The notes under the pieces are model-generated. The model made no database searches. It was not told the origin of the DNA and worked only from the letters and a program-made list of their open reading frames with translations. The position numbers were made by a program, and so were the translations under genes. DNA of 64,000 bases, taken from assembly GCA_044892525.1 (NCBI GenBank), contig CM097885.1, forward strand, positions 18,354,001 to 18,418,000, written 5' to 3'. Shown here in pieces: positions 14,972-27,149 of this stretch (the first letter of the stretch is position 1; each line of letters begins with the position of its first letter). Origin of the DNA: Schmidtea polychroa (lineage: Eukaryota).

Positions 14972-15324
14972 CAGTCATACCCCGGATAACGTTGCCCCGA
15001 ATAAAGTTGTTTCACTGTAACGTCGGTCCACCATTATAGTCATACCCCACTGTAACGTTGCATGGCTTCGCTGTAACGTTTTTTTTTAATAAAACCGTTT
15101 TTTCAAAAACTAAGCAAGCGGTGTTATTTTAAAATCTTTTTTTATATATTACATATTCTAATAAAGAATTAAATCTAATTTTCATAATATCAAAATTCTC
15201 TTAATCTTTTAAATCTATTTAATTGCGAATTTTTTTCTTAATTATAATTGCTTCGTATAACGTTGTTTCGGTTAACATCGCGTTTTTCTGGAACCATTTA
15301 ACAACGTTAACCGGGGTAAGACTG
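14972..15324. mobile_element. pogo/Tigger-type MITE
   Basis: TIR CAGTCATACCCCGGATAACGTTG / CAACGTTAACCGGGGTAAGACTG flanked by TA; internal subterminal AACGTT repeats. Confidence 0.85.
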
Positions 15325-17503
15325 TATAATGTTCGCGTTGGTCGTATAATTGTCATTATGTCAATTAACTGATCTCTATAAACTATCTCCATACTAATCG
15401 AGATTTTATCGTTTCATCGGTGAATTGGCATTACTTCATTGATATCGTCACTGGTTCCATGAAGTGAAAAGGCATAAGTTCAATTGAAACGAAATAATAT
15501 AAAAAATTTTTAATGTGGAACTAACTTAGTGGCCGCCTTATATAGTAATTTTTAACCAATCATAATTAAGTCGGGTTGTTTTTTGGTTATTTTTCTTTAT
15601 TCTTTATTATTTTATTGTTTTTCTTATGTATTATTTTGTTTTATTTTGTTATTTTATTGTTTTATTAGTTTTCTTGTATTTTGCGTAATTTCGCCTATTT
15701 TTGTTGGTTTTTGGGCGTGTAACGGCCTATTTTCAGTTTTTCTTTTAATTTTAATTAGTATTTCGTATTTTTATTTATGTTTTCCTATTTTCTTGTTTGG
15801 GTTATATTTTCTTATTCCTCATATTTTATTATTTTGTATTCTTATTTTATTTATTACTAAATTTAATTATTTTATTTACTTTTTCTTTCCTGTTTTTTCT
15901 TCCTCCATTCAGTTCTCAGCCATTAACCGCCCAACAACTATTTTTTTGTTCAGCCCAACAGATCCTACATTAATTTTAAAATTAGATTTCTAAAAACAGA
16001 CATTAATAATAGGGTTTAAGCAAAAAGATTTATTTGATAAATTTGTGAAAAAATCAGTTAATTTTTTAGTTGATCCAAAATTTATAATGTTACAATGTAT
16101 ATTTTAAAAAAAATGTTCAAAATCCCCCCCCCCCCAGTGGGGATAATTTGAAGATGATCCAAAAATTGTTTTTCTAGAATTTCCCAGGACTTGTGTATTA
16201 CTCTAATAAGTTGTTCTAAAGTTTAGAATCTAAACCAAAGTTTTATATAGAACAACATGAACCTAATAGTTTTTTGCATTAAATTAACAGTTTTCTTGGA
16301 AAATTGTGCGTTTTAAAACATACTTTTTGAAAATTTATCTACTTTTCTACTTTTTCTCAAATTGCCCATTCAATTTCCAGCATTATTCATAATTGTTATT
16401 GTTATTTAGGGTTATAAAATGATGATTTGTCAAAAATATGATAAAAAAACTTCTGTGAACTGTAAACTCAAATACATAAGTTTGCGTTATATAGGATAGC
16501 CTAGTGTACACCTATGTCAAATTTCGTATCGATTAGTCACTCCGTTTGTCTTGTCTAATTAAACAAAAATGTTATAATTTCTATATGAAAATATGCAGTT
16601 TCAATCTCCCTTTAATGGAAAGAGAACGTTTTAGTCATGATAATATAAGAAATAAGAGAATTTTATTTTTCTATTGCTCTAAATTCTGTTACTAGGTGCT
16701 TTAATTTTTCCTTAACTGCCGTTTTGACTTATAGTCTAAGCAAGGATCGCAATTACCATTAAGATGAACACCGTGTTTCAGCTTTTACATAATTATCCTT
16801 GGAATGGTTGGCTTTCTTCGCGGATACTGAACGTCCGCTTTTCTTCCATAGATCAGTTTACTTGTGTTCTCGAATAATGTTGTCATTACCTTTTCGGGAA
16901 ACAGAGTATTCTAGTTTTGCCTACCGGCCTCACTCATACTCTTTTACGTCAGAATACTAGGAGTAGATAAACTACCGGATATTTAAACTGTTGTGTGTAT
17001 CTATTGCAAACTGTTTAGATCATTTATTAAAAATAGTAAATGAAAACATTTCAATCATTTTTTGCAAGTTTTTTGTAATCTTTAGAAACACAAAAAACAT
17101 GTTGAAAAAATTTTTTAATCATTAATTATTTGGAAAATTTACTATAGTTGTGAATAAGATTCATTGAAAATATATTGTTGAAGAATATTAATTTTTAATT
17201 AATTTACTTTGATTTGAGAAATTCGGAAATTTTTATCTAAGTTATTTAAATTTGTGATTTGTAGTTTATTGGAAGTTAGAGAATCTGAAAAATTTCGAAT
17301 TTAGTTTAATTTAATAAAGTTTTGTGAGATCTCAATTTATTATTTGAGTATTTTATATTTAAATTATTTTTGAATACTTGAAACGATGGATATAATTAAT
17401 ACAAGCAACGGTGAAGTTCTGGAAAATTCAGCCAAATTTTCTTCCAAATTTAAATTTAAAGTTAAATTCGAATGTCTTGAAAGCTCAGAAGATGATTTGG
17501 AAT

Positions 17504-17580
17504 GAAAATTAATTCATGTCAGCAGCGCCTCTAATGCAGATTTAGATCAAGTCCTTAATATTTGGACCAATTCCTGTTGG
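17504..17580. repeat. 77-bp direct repeat, left flank of viral insertion
   Basis: Identical by eye to 20121-20197 (GAAAATTAATTCATGTCAGCAGC...CCAATTCCTGTTGG). Confidence 0.95.
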
Positions 17581-20062
17581 GTTGTAGACTTCGCTTTCAT
17601 TGATTGTGCTCGCCGGGCCTTTAGCAGAGTACCCAAGGACAGTCACCTTTACGCCTATATTTGCAATTAACTTCAGTCGAGAATATTCGTAGGTAAACTC
17701 CAAATCAGTAGGAGTGTGAGAGTATGTTGTGATGTTGATGTCGAATACTATCGGAGCAAAGCCTTCCCTTCTGCTCCACTTTTGGCAATTTTCGAGATCT
17801 AAATAAATGGAGCCTAATGTTCTACTATTTAATTTAGTGCGACCCAATTCCTTACAAAGTTCACATAAAGGCTTTTGAACTTTCACTAAGCTTTTAAGAT
17901 CCCTCACAGTTATATATGTCAGAAATTCATCTAACATTCTTATCTCGACCTGTTCACGGTTGATGCTGCCTTTCCACAGACCAGGCCCAGTGTAAATTCC
18001 CTTGCAGTAGCGCTGTCTAATAATGAACCCGCCGATAGTACAGCTTTGAGAATTCTCTAACAACTCTATTGAGCATGGTTTTCCAGAAGCAAATCTAGTA
18101 AAAATGTAGAGAATCCTGGATCCCTCGTCTAAATCAAGTATAAAATGAGTCTCTTCCTGCATGTCGTCTCTTATTAATTGGAAATAGTCCTTGAATATTA
18201 GCAGAACTGTTTGTTTTGATCCGCCGTCAGGGCACTTAGATAATCTCCACAATTTAGTTTTGAGTGATAAAAATGATTTATCATTTTCAGCCTTTTCAGA
18301 ATATCTTGTAGTCAAACTTTGTTGTAAAGAAAATCTTGGCCAATAGCAGTTGACGGCTGCTTCGGAAACAGTGCCAAAAACAGTACTGCATTTTCTAATT
18401 GGCCCAGTGATTTCTATGCATCTGCTTTTTGAAATGATGGACGATAAGAAGGAGTGTAGGCTGAATGCATTTGGGAACGGGCTTTTCTGAATCGTCTCCT
18501 CAAATGTCTCAGACAGCCAAGGGAATAATAGCTGATATTTTGAAAAAGCAGCAGCTTTCAAGAGTTTCCCACCTTGTATTGGTAGATGAAACCACTTTTC
18601 TTTGCACAATGCTAACAGTGGAAAGTTGGAAACCACTGCCTCTCTTAGGACTCGAACTGCCACAAACTTGTTCCTCAATCTGTCTGAAGAGACTAGAGTT
18701 CTCTGAGAGAGTTCAAAATTAAAGCGGATCAAACTTTTGAAAAACACTCTCTCAGGGAACAAAATCTTCATCCAGTGAAGAGATTGTCATAGGGAATTCC
18801 TTAATGAGATCTCCTAGATCCTCCTCTTCTGATGAGTCGTCATCTATCTCTCCGAGCCAGGCGTCACAATCCTCATCTAGCTCGCACATGTCAAAGTCTT
18901 CAGAGACATTCTGCGCTTTGGAATAATCCAACAAGCTTAAATTCTCGGTTTTTTGCACGTTTTCAATCTTGGTGCCAATTTCTTCATATAGGCTCGCAAA
19001 CCCTTTCATTGCTAGCAGTTTCTTCACCTCTGTTTTCGACCATTGAGGGTATTTCCTTACGACTGCTCTGCTCTCATTCACACTAAGATGGTGATTGCAT
19101 ATAACGCTCCATTCAAGCAGCTTGAAGCCTGGCTGAGGTTTTATTCCAGGGTTGTAGACTTCGCTTTCATTGATTGTGCTCGCCGGGCCTTTAGCAGAGT
19201 ACCCAAGGACAGTCACCTTTACGCCTATATTTGCAATTAACTTCAGTCGAGAATATTCGTAGGTAAACTCCAAATCAGTAGGAGTGTGAGAGTATGTTGT
19301 GATGTTGATGTCGAATACTATCGGAGCAAAGCCTTCCCTTCTGCTCCACTTTTGGCAATTTTCGAGATCTAAATAAATGGAGCCTAATGTTCTACTATTT
19401 GATTTAGTGCGACCCAATTCCTTACAAAGTTCACATAAAGGCTTTTGAACTTTCACTAAGCTTTTAAGATCCCTCACAGTTATATATGTTAGAAATTCAT
19501 CTAACATTCTCCACCTCTAACATTAACCACCTCTATGTTGTGATGTTGATGTCGAATACTATCGGAGCAAAGCCTTCCCTTCTGCTCCACTTTTGGCAAT
19601 TTTCGAGATCTAAATAAATGGAGCCTAATGTTCTACTATTTGATTTAGTGCGACCCAATTCCTTACAAAGTTCACATAAAGGCTTTTGAACTTTCACTAA
19701 GCTTTTAAGATCCCTCACAGTTATATATGTCAGAAATTCATCTAACATTCTTATCTCGACCTGTTCACGGTTGATGCTGCCTTTCCACAGACCAGGCCCA
19801 GTGTAAATTCCCTTGCAGTAGCGCTGTCTAATAATGAACCCGCCGATAGTACAGCTTTGAGAATTCTCTAACAACTCTATTGAGCATGGTTTTCCAGAAG
19901 CAAATCTAGTAAAAATGTAGAGAATCCTGGATCCCTCGTCTAAATCAAGTATAAAATGAGTCTCTTCCTGCATGTCGTCTCTTATTAATTGGAAATAGTC
20001 CTTGAATATTAGCAGAACTGTTTGTTTTGATACGCGGTCAGGGCACTTAGATAATCTCCACA
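17581..20062 (-). other. Endogenous viral element: C-terminal part of a Phenuiviridae/Bunyavirales-like L protein (RdRp), rearranged as three overlapping segments
   Basis: Intronless and GC-richer than its flanks. Motifs KEKWF...FPWLSETFEETIQKSPF...SKSRCIEITG and IGGFIIRQ...YTGPGLWKGSINREQVEI...LCELCKELG parallel phlebovirus L as I recall it (SDKWF...WLEDT...SKPRTVRITG; IGGF..PQ...YKGKGVWTGVMEDTHVQI...LCDDLG, cap-binding region). Segments A 17581-~18771, B ~18752-19510, C 19534-20062. Confidence 0.85.
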
Positions 20063-20120
20063 TAGAAATAATTGATTCTGGAATTATTTTTTCACGATTC
20101 ATGTATAAGATTTTGTATAA

Positions 20121-20197
20121 GAAAATTAATTCATGTCAGCAGCGCCTCTAATGCAGATTTAGATCAAGTCCTTAATATTTGGACCAATTCCTGTTGG
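20121..20197. repeat. 77-bp direct repeat, right flank of viral insertion
   Basis: Identical by eye to 17504-17580. Confidence 0.95.
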
Positions 20198-20431
20198 TCG
20201 TCATGATTTTGTTCTTGATATTCCCTCTTGATGATAGTATCGGTGTAACTGGAAACAATTCATAAAAATCAACAATTAGTTCGAATCGATTATTTTGTCA
20301 GCAATGAATATGAAAAAGAAGAAATGAATTTTGTTCATTTTGTACAAAATTTTACTTCTACCGAAACATATCGTAGCAGACCGTGGTTCCTTTTGGGGGG
20401 GCACAATAAAATTTCAAAGGTATAAAATTCA

Positions 20432-20832
20432 TTAAAAGATTATTTAAACGTTAAAGAGTTTAACAAGTCAATCAATCCTGATAGAGATGTAGCTTATGGT
20501 GCTGTTGTTCAGGCTGCTATCTTATCTGTAGACATGAGTGACGTTGTTAAATATTCATTGTTGTTTGATGTTGCTCCATTAATATTGCATATTGAAACCA
20601 CTGGAGGAGTCATGCCAGCTCTTATTAAGAGAAATTCTACCATTCCAACAAAACAAGCTCAAACTTTTTCAACATACGCTGATAACCAACAAGGTGTCTT
20701 GATTCAAGTTTTTGAAGGTGAAAGAGTCATGACTACAGACAACAATCTAACTTGGTAAATTCGAATTGTCGGGAATGCCACCTGCTTTAAAAGGTGTTCC
20801 TCAAATTGAAGTCACATTCGATATCGATGCCA
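20432..20832 (+). pseudogene. HSP70 internal fragment (pseudogene)
   Basis: [21 protein letters not shown]...[34 protein letters not shown]...[11 protein letters not shown]. Frameshift near 20750; truncated at both ends; conserved residues eroded. Confidence 0.92.
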
Positions 20833-22439
20833 GTTTATCGATGGGCCAATCAGCAAAAAATCAGATAGCAGGTATGATTGCAATTTGTCACGATCTGATT
20901 TTTAAAAATTCTAAAATTCATTATAATAATATAATTTGGGATAAGGTATCAATTTTGTCATTTAACCGCACCTTATATATCACAATAAATAAACAATTCC
21001 TTGAAGCATGAAATATTCATATGGATGGGTGCAATAGCAAATGTTTACGTTATTGCAATGTGAACTGTACAATTATAATAAAATATATATATATAATTCA
21101 ACTATTAAATACAATTATAAGTACAATTATAATAAAATATATATATAATTCAACTATTAAAAGTGAATTATTAATAAATATTTAAAATGTAAAGTATATA
21201 ATTGATTTAATAACTGTGATTAGAAATCGGCGACGGATATGCCATTTGTAGGGGTCTCGAAGGTGACTCTTTGTAATTTGATATATAAATACATACATTT
21301 AAACAAAATTTAAAATAAGAAGGTCTAGATCAGGGTCATAACGATTTTCGCAAGCAATCATTAAAATTATGGTAATAAAAATTAATTTTATGAGTAATGG
21401 GTAATAGGCCCAACGTAAAGGGCCTAGGAGGTTACCAAGGGATATCCTACCCCCTTTAAATCAGCAGATATTCCTGAAAACATTGAATGGAAATGTTGTC
21501 ACGCTTGATTTATCCCTTCGCTTATCTCCTGTATAAACTCTGTTCTAAATCAAATGAACTAAAATAGATTAAAAAAATTATTAACCTCCAGTTAAACCAA
21601 CAATAATAAAAAACTTCAAATTTACAAAAATTCGTGCAGAAAATAAATGGAATTTTATTTTTAATTTTTGGAAAATTCTGGTAGATTATCGATCTTGGTT
21701 TTATCGTTTCCGTCGTATCTTGAGCTGTGTTCGATTGACTTTCGGTTTGATTCTTTTCTTCTCTGGTTTTCATCTCTGCTTTAGTCTTGAGGTCTCATTA
21801 TTTGAGATTCTCAACTTACTTGTTCTTATATAAATTATCAAATAACAATAAGGCCTGGTTATAAACATTTAATAAAAAATATTCACCTAAAAGAAATGAC
21901 ATGCTTTTACTTTTTGATATCGGATAGGTGCGTGTTATATATTTGTGTGTATGACAGTTGATGCTTGTTATATTATGTATGCAAAAAAAATTGTGATATA
22001 AAAGTCAACTAAAATTCTTTTAAATTTTATGCTGTCGTAGTTTGAAAACTTTTGAAGGATTTCCTTCAAAGTTTTTTAGCAAGGATAAGACTTTATTTTA
22101 TGGGGAGATTAACTGATTTTTGCGCGCTTATTTATATGAGATTTTATTTAATGAATATTAAATATTATTATTTCCGGCTTATACGCACGGGATATTTAAC
22201 TAATTTTTCACCAATGTTTTTAAGATTTTCTTATTATACACTATATTAATTAATTATATATACGTTGTTCGTTCAATAATGCATCGGACTAACTAAGAAA
22301 GAAAAAACACAAAAAACTGAAACAAATTTTATCAAATACTAGTTCGAAAAACACATTTAATTATTTTTCTATATAATTACCATTGGCAACAACCGATTTA
22401 TTCCATCGAATAACCAAATCTTGAAATACATCAGCAAAC

Positions 22440-22670
22440 ATGTCTCACGTTGCGTAATTTTTTGATTGGAAATTTCAGTTGGTCTACCAACATAGGAATA
22501 ATCTTGGTTCACACTTTCATGGCCATGCTTGAATAATGATATCCAACGATATATTGTGTATCTAGAAGGACATTTGTTGCCATATGTAATTGCCATATCA
22601 CGAAATATTTTATCAGACGACTTCTTTAAAAGCACAAAGAATTTTATTACTTCTGTATTCCACCTCATCC
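22440..22670 (-). mobile_element. mariner transposase N-terminal HTH remnant
   Basis: VIKFFVLLKKS...IFRDMAITYG..CPSRYTIYRWISLFKHGHESVNQD...GRPT is a mariner-type HTH; the rest is missing. Confidence 0.8.
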
Positions 22671-24481
22671 ATTTGACAAAAAAAATGGAATTAGAAGTAC
22701 TTACGTCAGCCAATCAGATTATTTAATTTATGCATCTAAACAAGCATACATGTAAATGCTAAAACCAATTGGTAATATATAATTTCGATTGTAGAATTTG
22801 ATTGACTTGGGTTTCATTGAATCTTCTCTTGGGCTAAAATCACTTGTTAGGAGAAAAGCACTTATGGGACTGCCACTGTCATATAACATTAGTTTATTGT
22901 AATTTATCCTTATTTTCCTTAATGTAAACTCCAAGTTTCGTTGAGATGGATTGGATTGTATAGAGTCTGGTTGTGTTACGAGAGAATTAATGTGGGTTAA
23001 ATCGTTTGCTGAATTTCTCGGTAGCTTATGCTTCGAATTAACTTTTTCTGTGGTTCTTTCTTTTTTTGTGTTTTAGAGTTCTAGAGAGTTTTGTGGTTTT
23101 CCTTTTGTCTGTTTCTGTGCTGCTTTCTGATTGTTGTTTTTTGGTCGGTTGTTTTTAGTTGTGTTACTTTGGGTATTTATATCCTTTGGTTTATCTCAGG
23201 TAGGACCTTACGCTATCTGAGTTTTCATTGAAATTTCTTGCGGGTGTCTAGTCTCACCCTCGTTAATTATTGTACAGCTTTAGGTCGGTGCTGTTGAATC
23301 AGCACCTACTTTTTTGAACTAAAATTTGTTGAATTTGTTACTATGTTGAAATTTTTCAAAATATAATTTTCTAGGTTTTTTGTATGCCGTTTTCCTTGAC
23401 TTCCTTTCCTAATTTATATTTTTCGTATTTTTTTGTTTAAATGAAGTAATTTAATTATGTTTTTTGCAAAACACTTGGAACACGAAAATAAGTTTTATTA
23501 TTTCTATAATTATACAATAACAATTATTTATTGAACAAGTATTAGGTAATAAACAAAGAAAGCAAGATATAATATCAAATATATATAAAAAATGCAATTA
23601 AAATTTAAAATGTTCACGTTTCAAATACTTGTATTGTAGTTTTGTGAGAATTTGTGTATTCTGACCTTGGAATAAGCACGATTCATCCAGTCGTTCGTAG
23701 AAACGATGTTTCATATCATTTACATCGGTTAATTAATATTGTATTAATATTGACCAAAATTATCCTAGTTTGACGTAAAATTTCTCAAATTGCCCATTCA
23801 ATTTCCAGCATTATTCATAATTGTTATTGTTATTTAGGGTTATGTTCTGAACTTGACTATATAAAAATAACTATCTTGTTCGTCGATTGCTTTGCATGTT
23901 TTGCAGAAGATTTGTAAGAGCCCAGCAGAGCCTCCTTTAAAACTTTAAATTGTACGGCTGCAAAAGAATAATTTTATAAATTATTATAAACTTTTTTTTT
24001 CAAATTTCACCACTGATTTCTTTTCCATTGAAATTGTATATAAACATCATGTTATTACAAATTCTTTTTCAAAACTTGGTTATATACAATATGTTTAATA
24101 CATCGTGTGACGTTAAAAAGTTGAAAATAGCAAAGCCTATACAGAAATTTCATGTGCTAGAATATCAGGTTGCCATTGTTTATTACAGTCAAACAAACAC
24201 ATTTGTTCTGTTTGATACTAGATCAGGGATTACCAACACGTCGATTGCCGAGCAAGTTTTGTTCGATCTCAAAGTATTTGAAAGTTATGTGATTTCTTAA
24301 TTTCTTTTTACTTGGTAGATCAGTATTTTTTTAAAATGCCATAGTCTATCGCAAGTTTAAACAAGTTGGCCACCCCGCTATAGATTATAAAAACAAATTG
24401 TAATCAACCTGAATTGTGTTGTGCGAAATATGAGCCAAATGAGCATGAAAAAACATGAAATTATAGAATTTATTTAAAAAA

Positions 24482-26238
24482 TTAATCATGGGACAATAAA
24501 TGCAGTGGAACTTTGAATTCGGAAATAATTGATTCTGGAATTAATTTTTCACGATTCATGTATAAGATTTTGTAGGTAGCTGCAATAGTTGATTCTGATA
24601 CACCCATAATATCTCGAATTTCTAAATATTATGATTTTAAAAACGTTAAATTTTTGAAAATATTACGTTTTTTTGAAATTTTCTCGTTCATAAGTAAGCC
24701 TGCCATATATATAGACGCTGATATCAAACTACTTGGTTTCTTCTCTGAAAATATTTTCGATGCATTTGCAATGCATATTGCTAGTTTTTCAAGAGATTTA
24801 TTTTTAATTTGCAACTGGTAACAGAATCGAGGAACTTGGTCAATAATATTTGATGACTCACAAGCCAATCCAAGAGCAACTCGCACTTTTTTTATCATTT
24901 TTTGAATATGCTTTAAATCTACTGCTGACACATCACAAATTTCTTAAAATTAAATATGATTAATAAATATTATATATAAAATTCTCTATAAAGATTTCTA
25001 TTTCATATAAGGTTAGTTACTCATAATTAATAAAGTATGTGAAAATAATGATTTGGCGACGCTTCATCACGCGACATTTCCTCAATTAAAAACTGAAATT
25101 TAATATTTTTACTGAAAAAAATAAGATTTTATATAAATTTAAAATTTGTTTTAAATTGTGTTTTCAAATTAATATTTTCGATAATTTCTATAATTTTAAG
25201 AAATTACTAAAAATTAAGTATAATTTTAATTAATTTGTTGAAAACGCAAATATAAAGGTTTATTTTTTGGTAATGATTAACCTTAATCCGTTTAGTTTCA
25301 AATTTGATTCCTTTTAGATTCAAATTATTCTACAAATAGCTTATATGAATGCGATTGAACTATTAAAATAATTTGAGATTAGCTATTTATATGTCAAATA
25401 ACGGAGTTTGATTTTTTTTATGTTATAAGCGAACAGTGATTGTTTTAATTCAATATTCTTTAATTATGTATGATAATAGTCATTATTTTTATTCCGAATG
25501 ATTTTTTATTAAACATTTTTTATGTTCTATTTTTCATTTTATATGTAAGTGCGATATATGCTATGTATTATATTTAGAAATATAAAGATCAGACCTTTTA
25601 CACTTCTTTCTATATTTCTATTTCGACAAACAAGAAATAAACAAGCACAAGATATTTCGTCTTTTTTCTTTCTTGTAAATCCTTTTATTTGAGTCAATTT
25701 TTTAACATATTCCATTGCAGCTAACTGAAATATATAATAACAGAATTAAAATAATTCATGTGAAAAATAACCTTTGTATTGTTATCTACTTTAATCCTCT
25801 CCCCAAAAGCCAATATGGAGGCCCTGCATTGTCTAATCATTCGGTCAGCTGGAGTGTCTACAACTCTATTTTTATATCGTTGTTCTCCATTTTCGTTTAA
25901 ATGTTTCACATCATATGACTGCTTAATAGTAATAGATGTTGCACTATTTGAACTGATGGCATTTTCAACTGCTCCAACTCGAGATTGATCTTCACCTGTA
26001 CCATCATTTGCAAATGATCGCCATTCACTTGAAAAATCAATGACCCTTCAAAAAAAGAGTTTATAATTATTTTGATTAATTTTATTACCTATCACCAACA
26101 ACCAATCCACAGGTTGAACAAATAAGATCTCCAGCTGAATAATCCTCTATTAAAACGGAATTAGGATGGTATTTACAAGCGAGTTTACTTAATAAAAATT
26201 TAAATTACTTAAAATTTTTTAATAATAACTAACATCAT
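24482..26238 (-). CDS. Transcription initiation factor IIB-like protein (divergent), 6 exons
   Basis: Exons 26238-26234, 26187-26089, 26045-25772, 25724-25595, 24942-24667, 24621-24482, all GT-AG with an open frame. Zn ribbon CKYHP...[24 protein letters not shown]-reader SEWRSFAND...SRVG, two cyclin repeats (CACLFLVCR...RSVKEIC; PRFCYQL...SASIYMA...[12 protein letters not shown]). Confidence 0.92.
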
Positions 26239-27019
26239 TGGAAAGTTTTAATTATATATTTTAATATGAAATAAAAACAAATTTTTAAAAAATTTCTTTC
26301 ATTTTGGTACAACATTAATTATTTCGTATTACTCTTAATAAAATTATTTTTAGACTTAGTTTTTGAAAAATAGAATGCGATTGTAATATTTACTTTTTCG
26401 ATTTTTTTCAATATAATTTTAGTATAAAATCGATTTTGATATTATAAATCTTAGATAATATGATTTTTATACACTCAACATTGTTGAAAACTTGAAAAGA
26501 ATTGAAATTTTAAATTTAAAAAATGTAATTAAAATTTACTGTAAATAAAAAAATAAATAATTCAGAGCTTTTTAATTTTAATTAATTCAGGTAATTAATT
26601 AATATAAATTAGTCCATTTGCCAAATTTAAACAATTAAATTATGAATATAAAATAGGATAAGTTAATTTAAAATAATTAATATTTAAAATATTAAAAAAA
26701 TTGTATTTTTAAATTTTAAAATTTATGACTAATGTGTAGTTTTCAGGTTTTTAAGTAAAATAAAATTATTCTACACTGCCTATGTTGTAAAATTGTGTTC
26801 ATTATTTCAACATCTAAGCTGTCAAGTTATTTAATATTTGATTTAGAATTAGAATACCATAATATACTACAGTAAATTATTTTTCCATATTTACATTATC
26901 TTATCAAATTTAAATATTTTTAATAGAATTCCTTGAATTTGTGAAATACATAAATTACACCCCTATCCAAAAATGTTGTTTAGATTTTTAAAAAAACATT
27001 GAGTATTATCGGTTGAAGT

Positions 27020-27149
27020 TAGGGTTGCTACATGTTGAGAGGCTCAAAGTAGGACAAACCAATAACCAAATTCTCTTTCATGCAGTATCTAGGACAAATA
27101 TCCAAATTGTAGGACTGTCCTACCGAAAGTAGGACGTGTGGCAACTCTA
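27020..27149. mobile_element. Small hAT-like MITE (partial second copy at ~27544-27604)
   Basis: Imperfect TIR TAGGGTTGCTACA / TGTGGCAACTCTA; internal GTAGGAC repeats; degraded TSD. Confidence 0.65.

Noticed and set aside
15583..15993. 136-aa hydrophobic 'membrane protein' ORF (similarly 7605-7895)
   Set aside because: T-rich low-complexity DNA with no ATG start or recognisable domain.
20065..20117. Cap-snatched host leader on a viral mRNA
   Set aside because: Too long, derived from the 3' coding end of TFIIB, and joined to an internal L position rather than the segment 5' end.
17504..20197. CRISPR-like or LTR interpretation of the 77-bp repeats
   Set aside because: Only two copies, no TG...CA ends, PBS or PPT, and a eukaryotic context; target duplication fits better.
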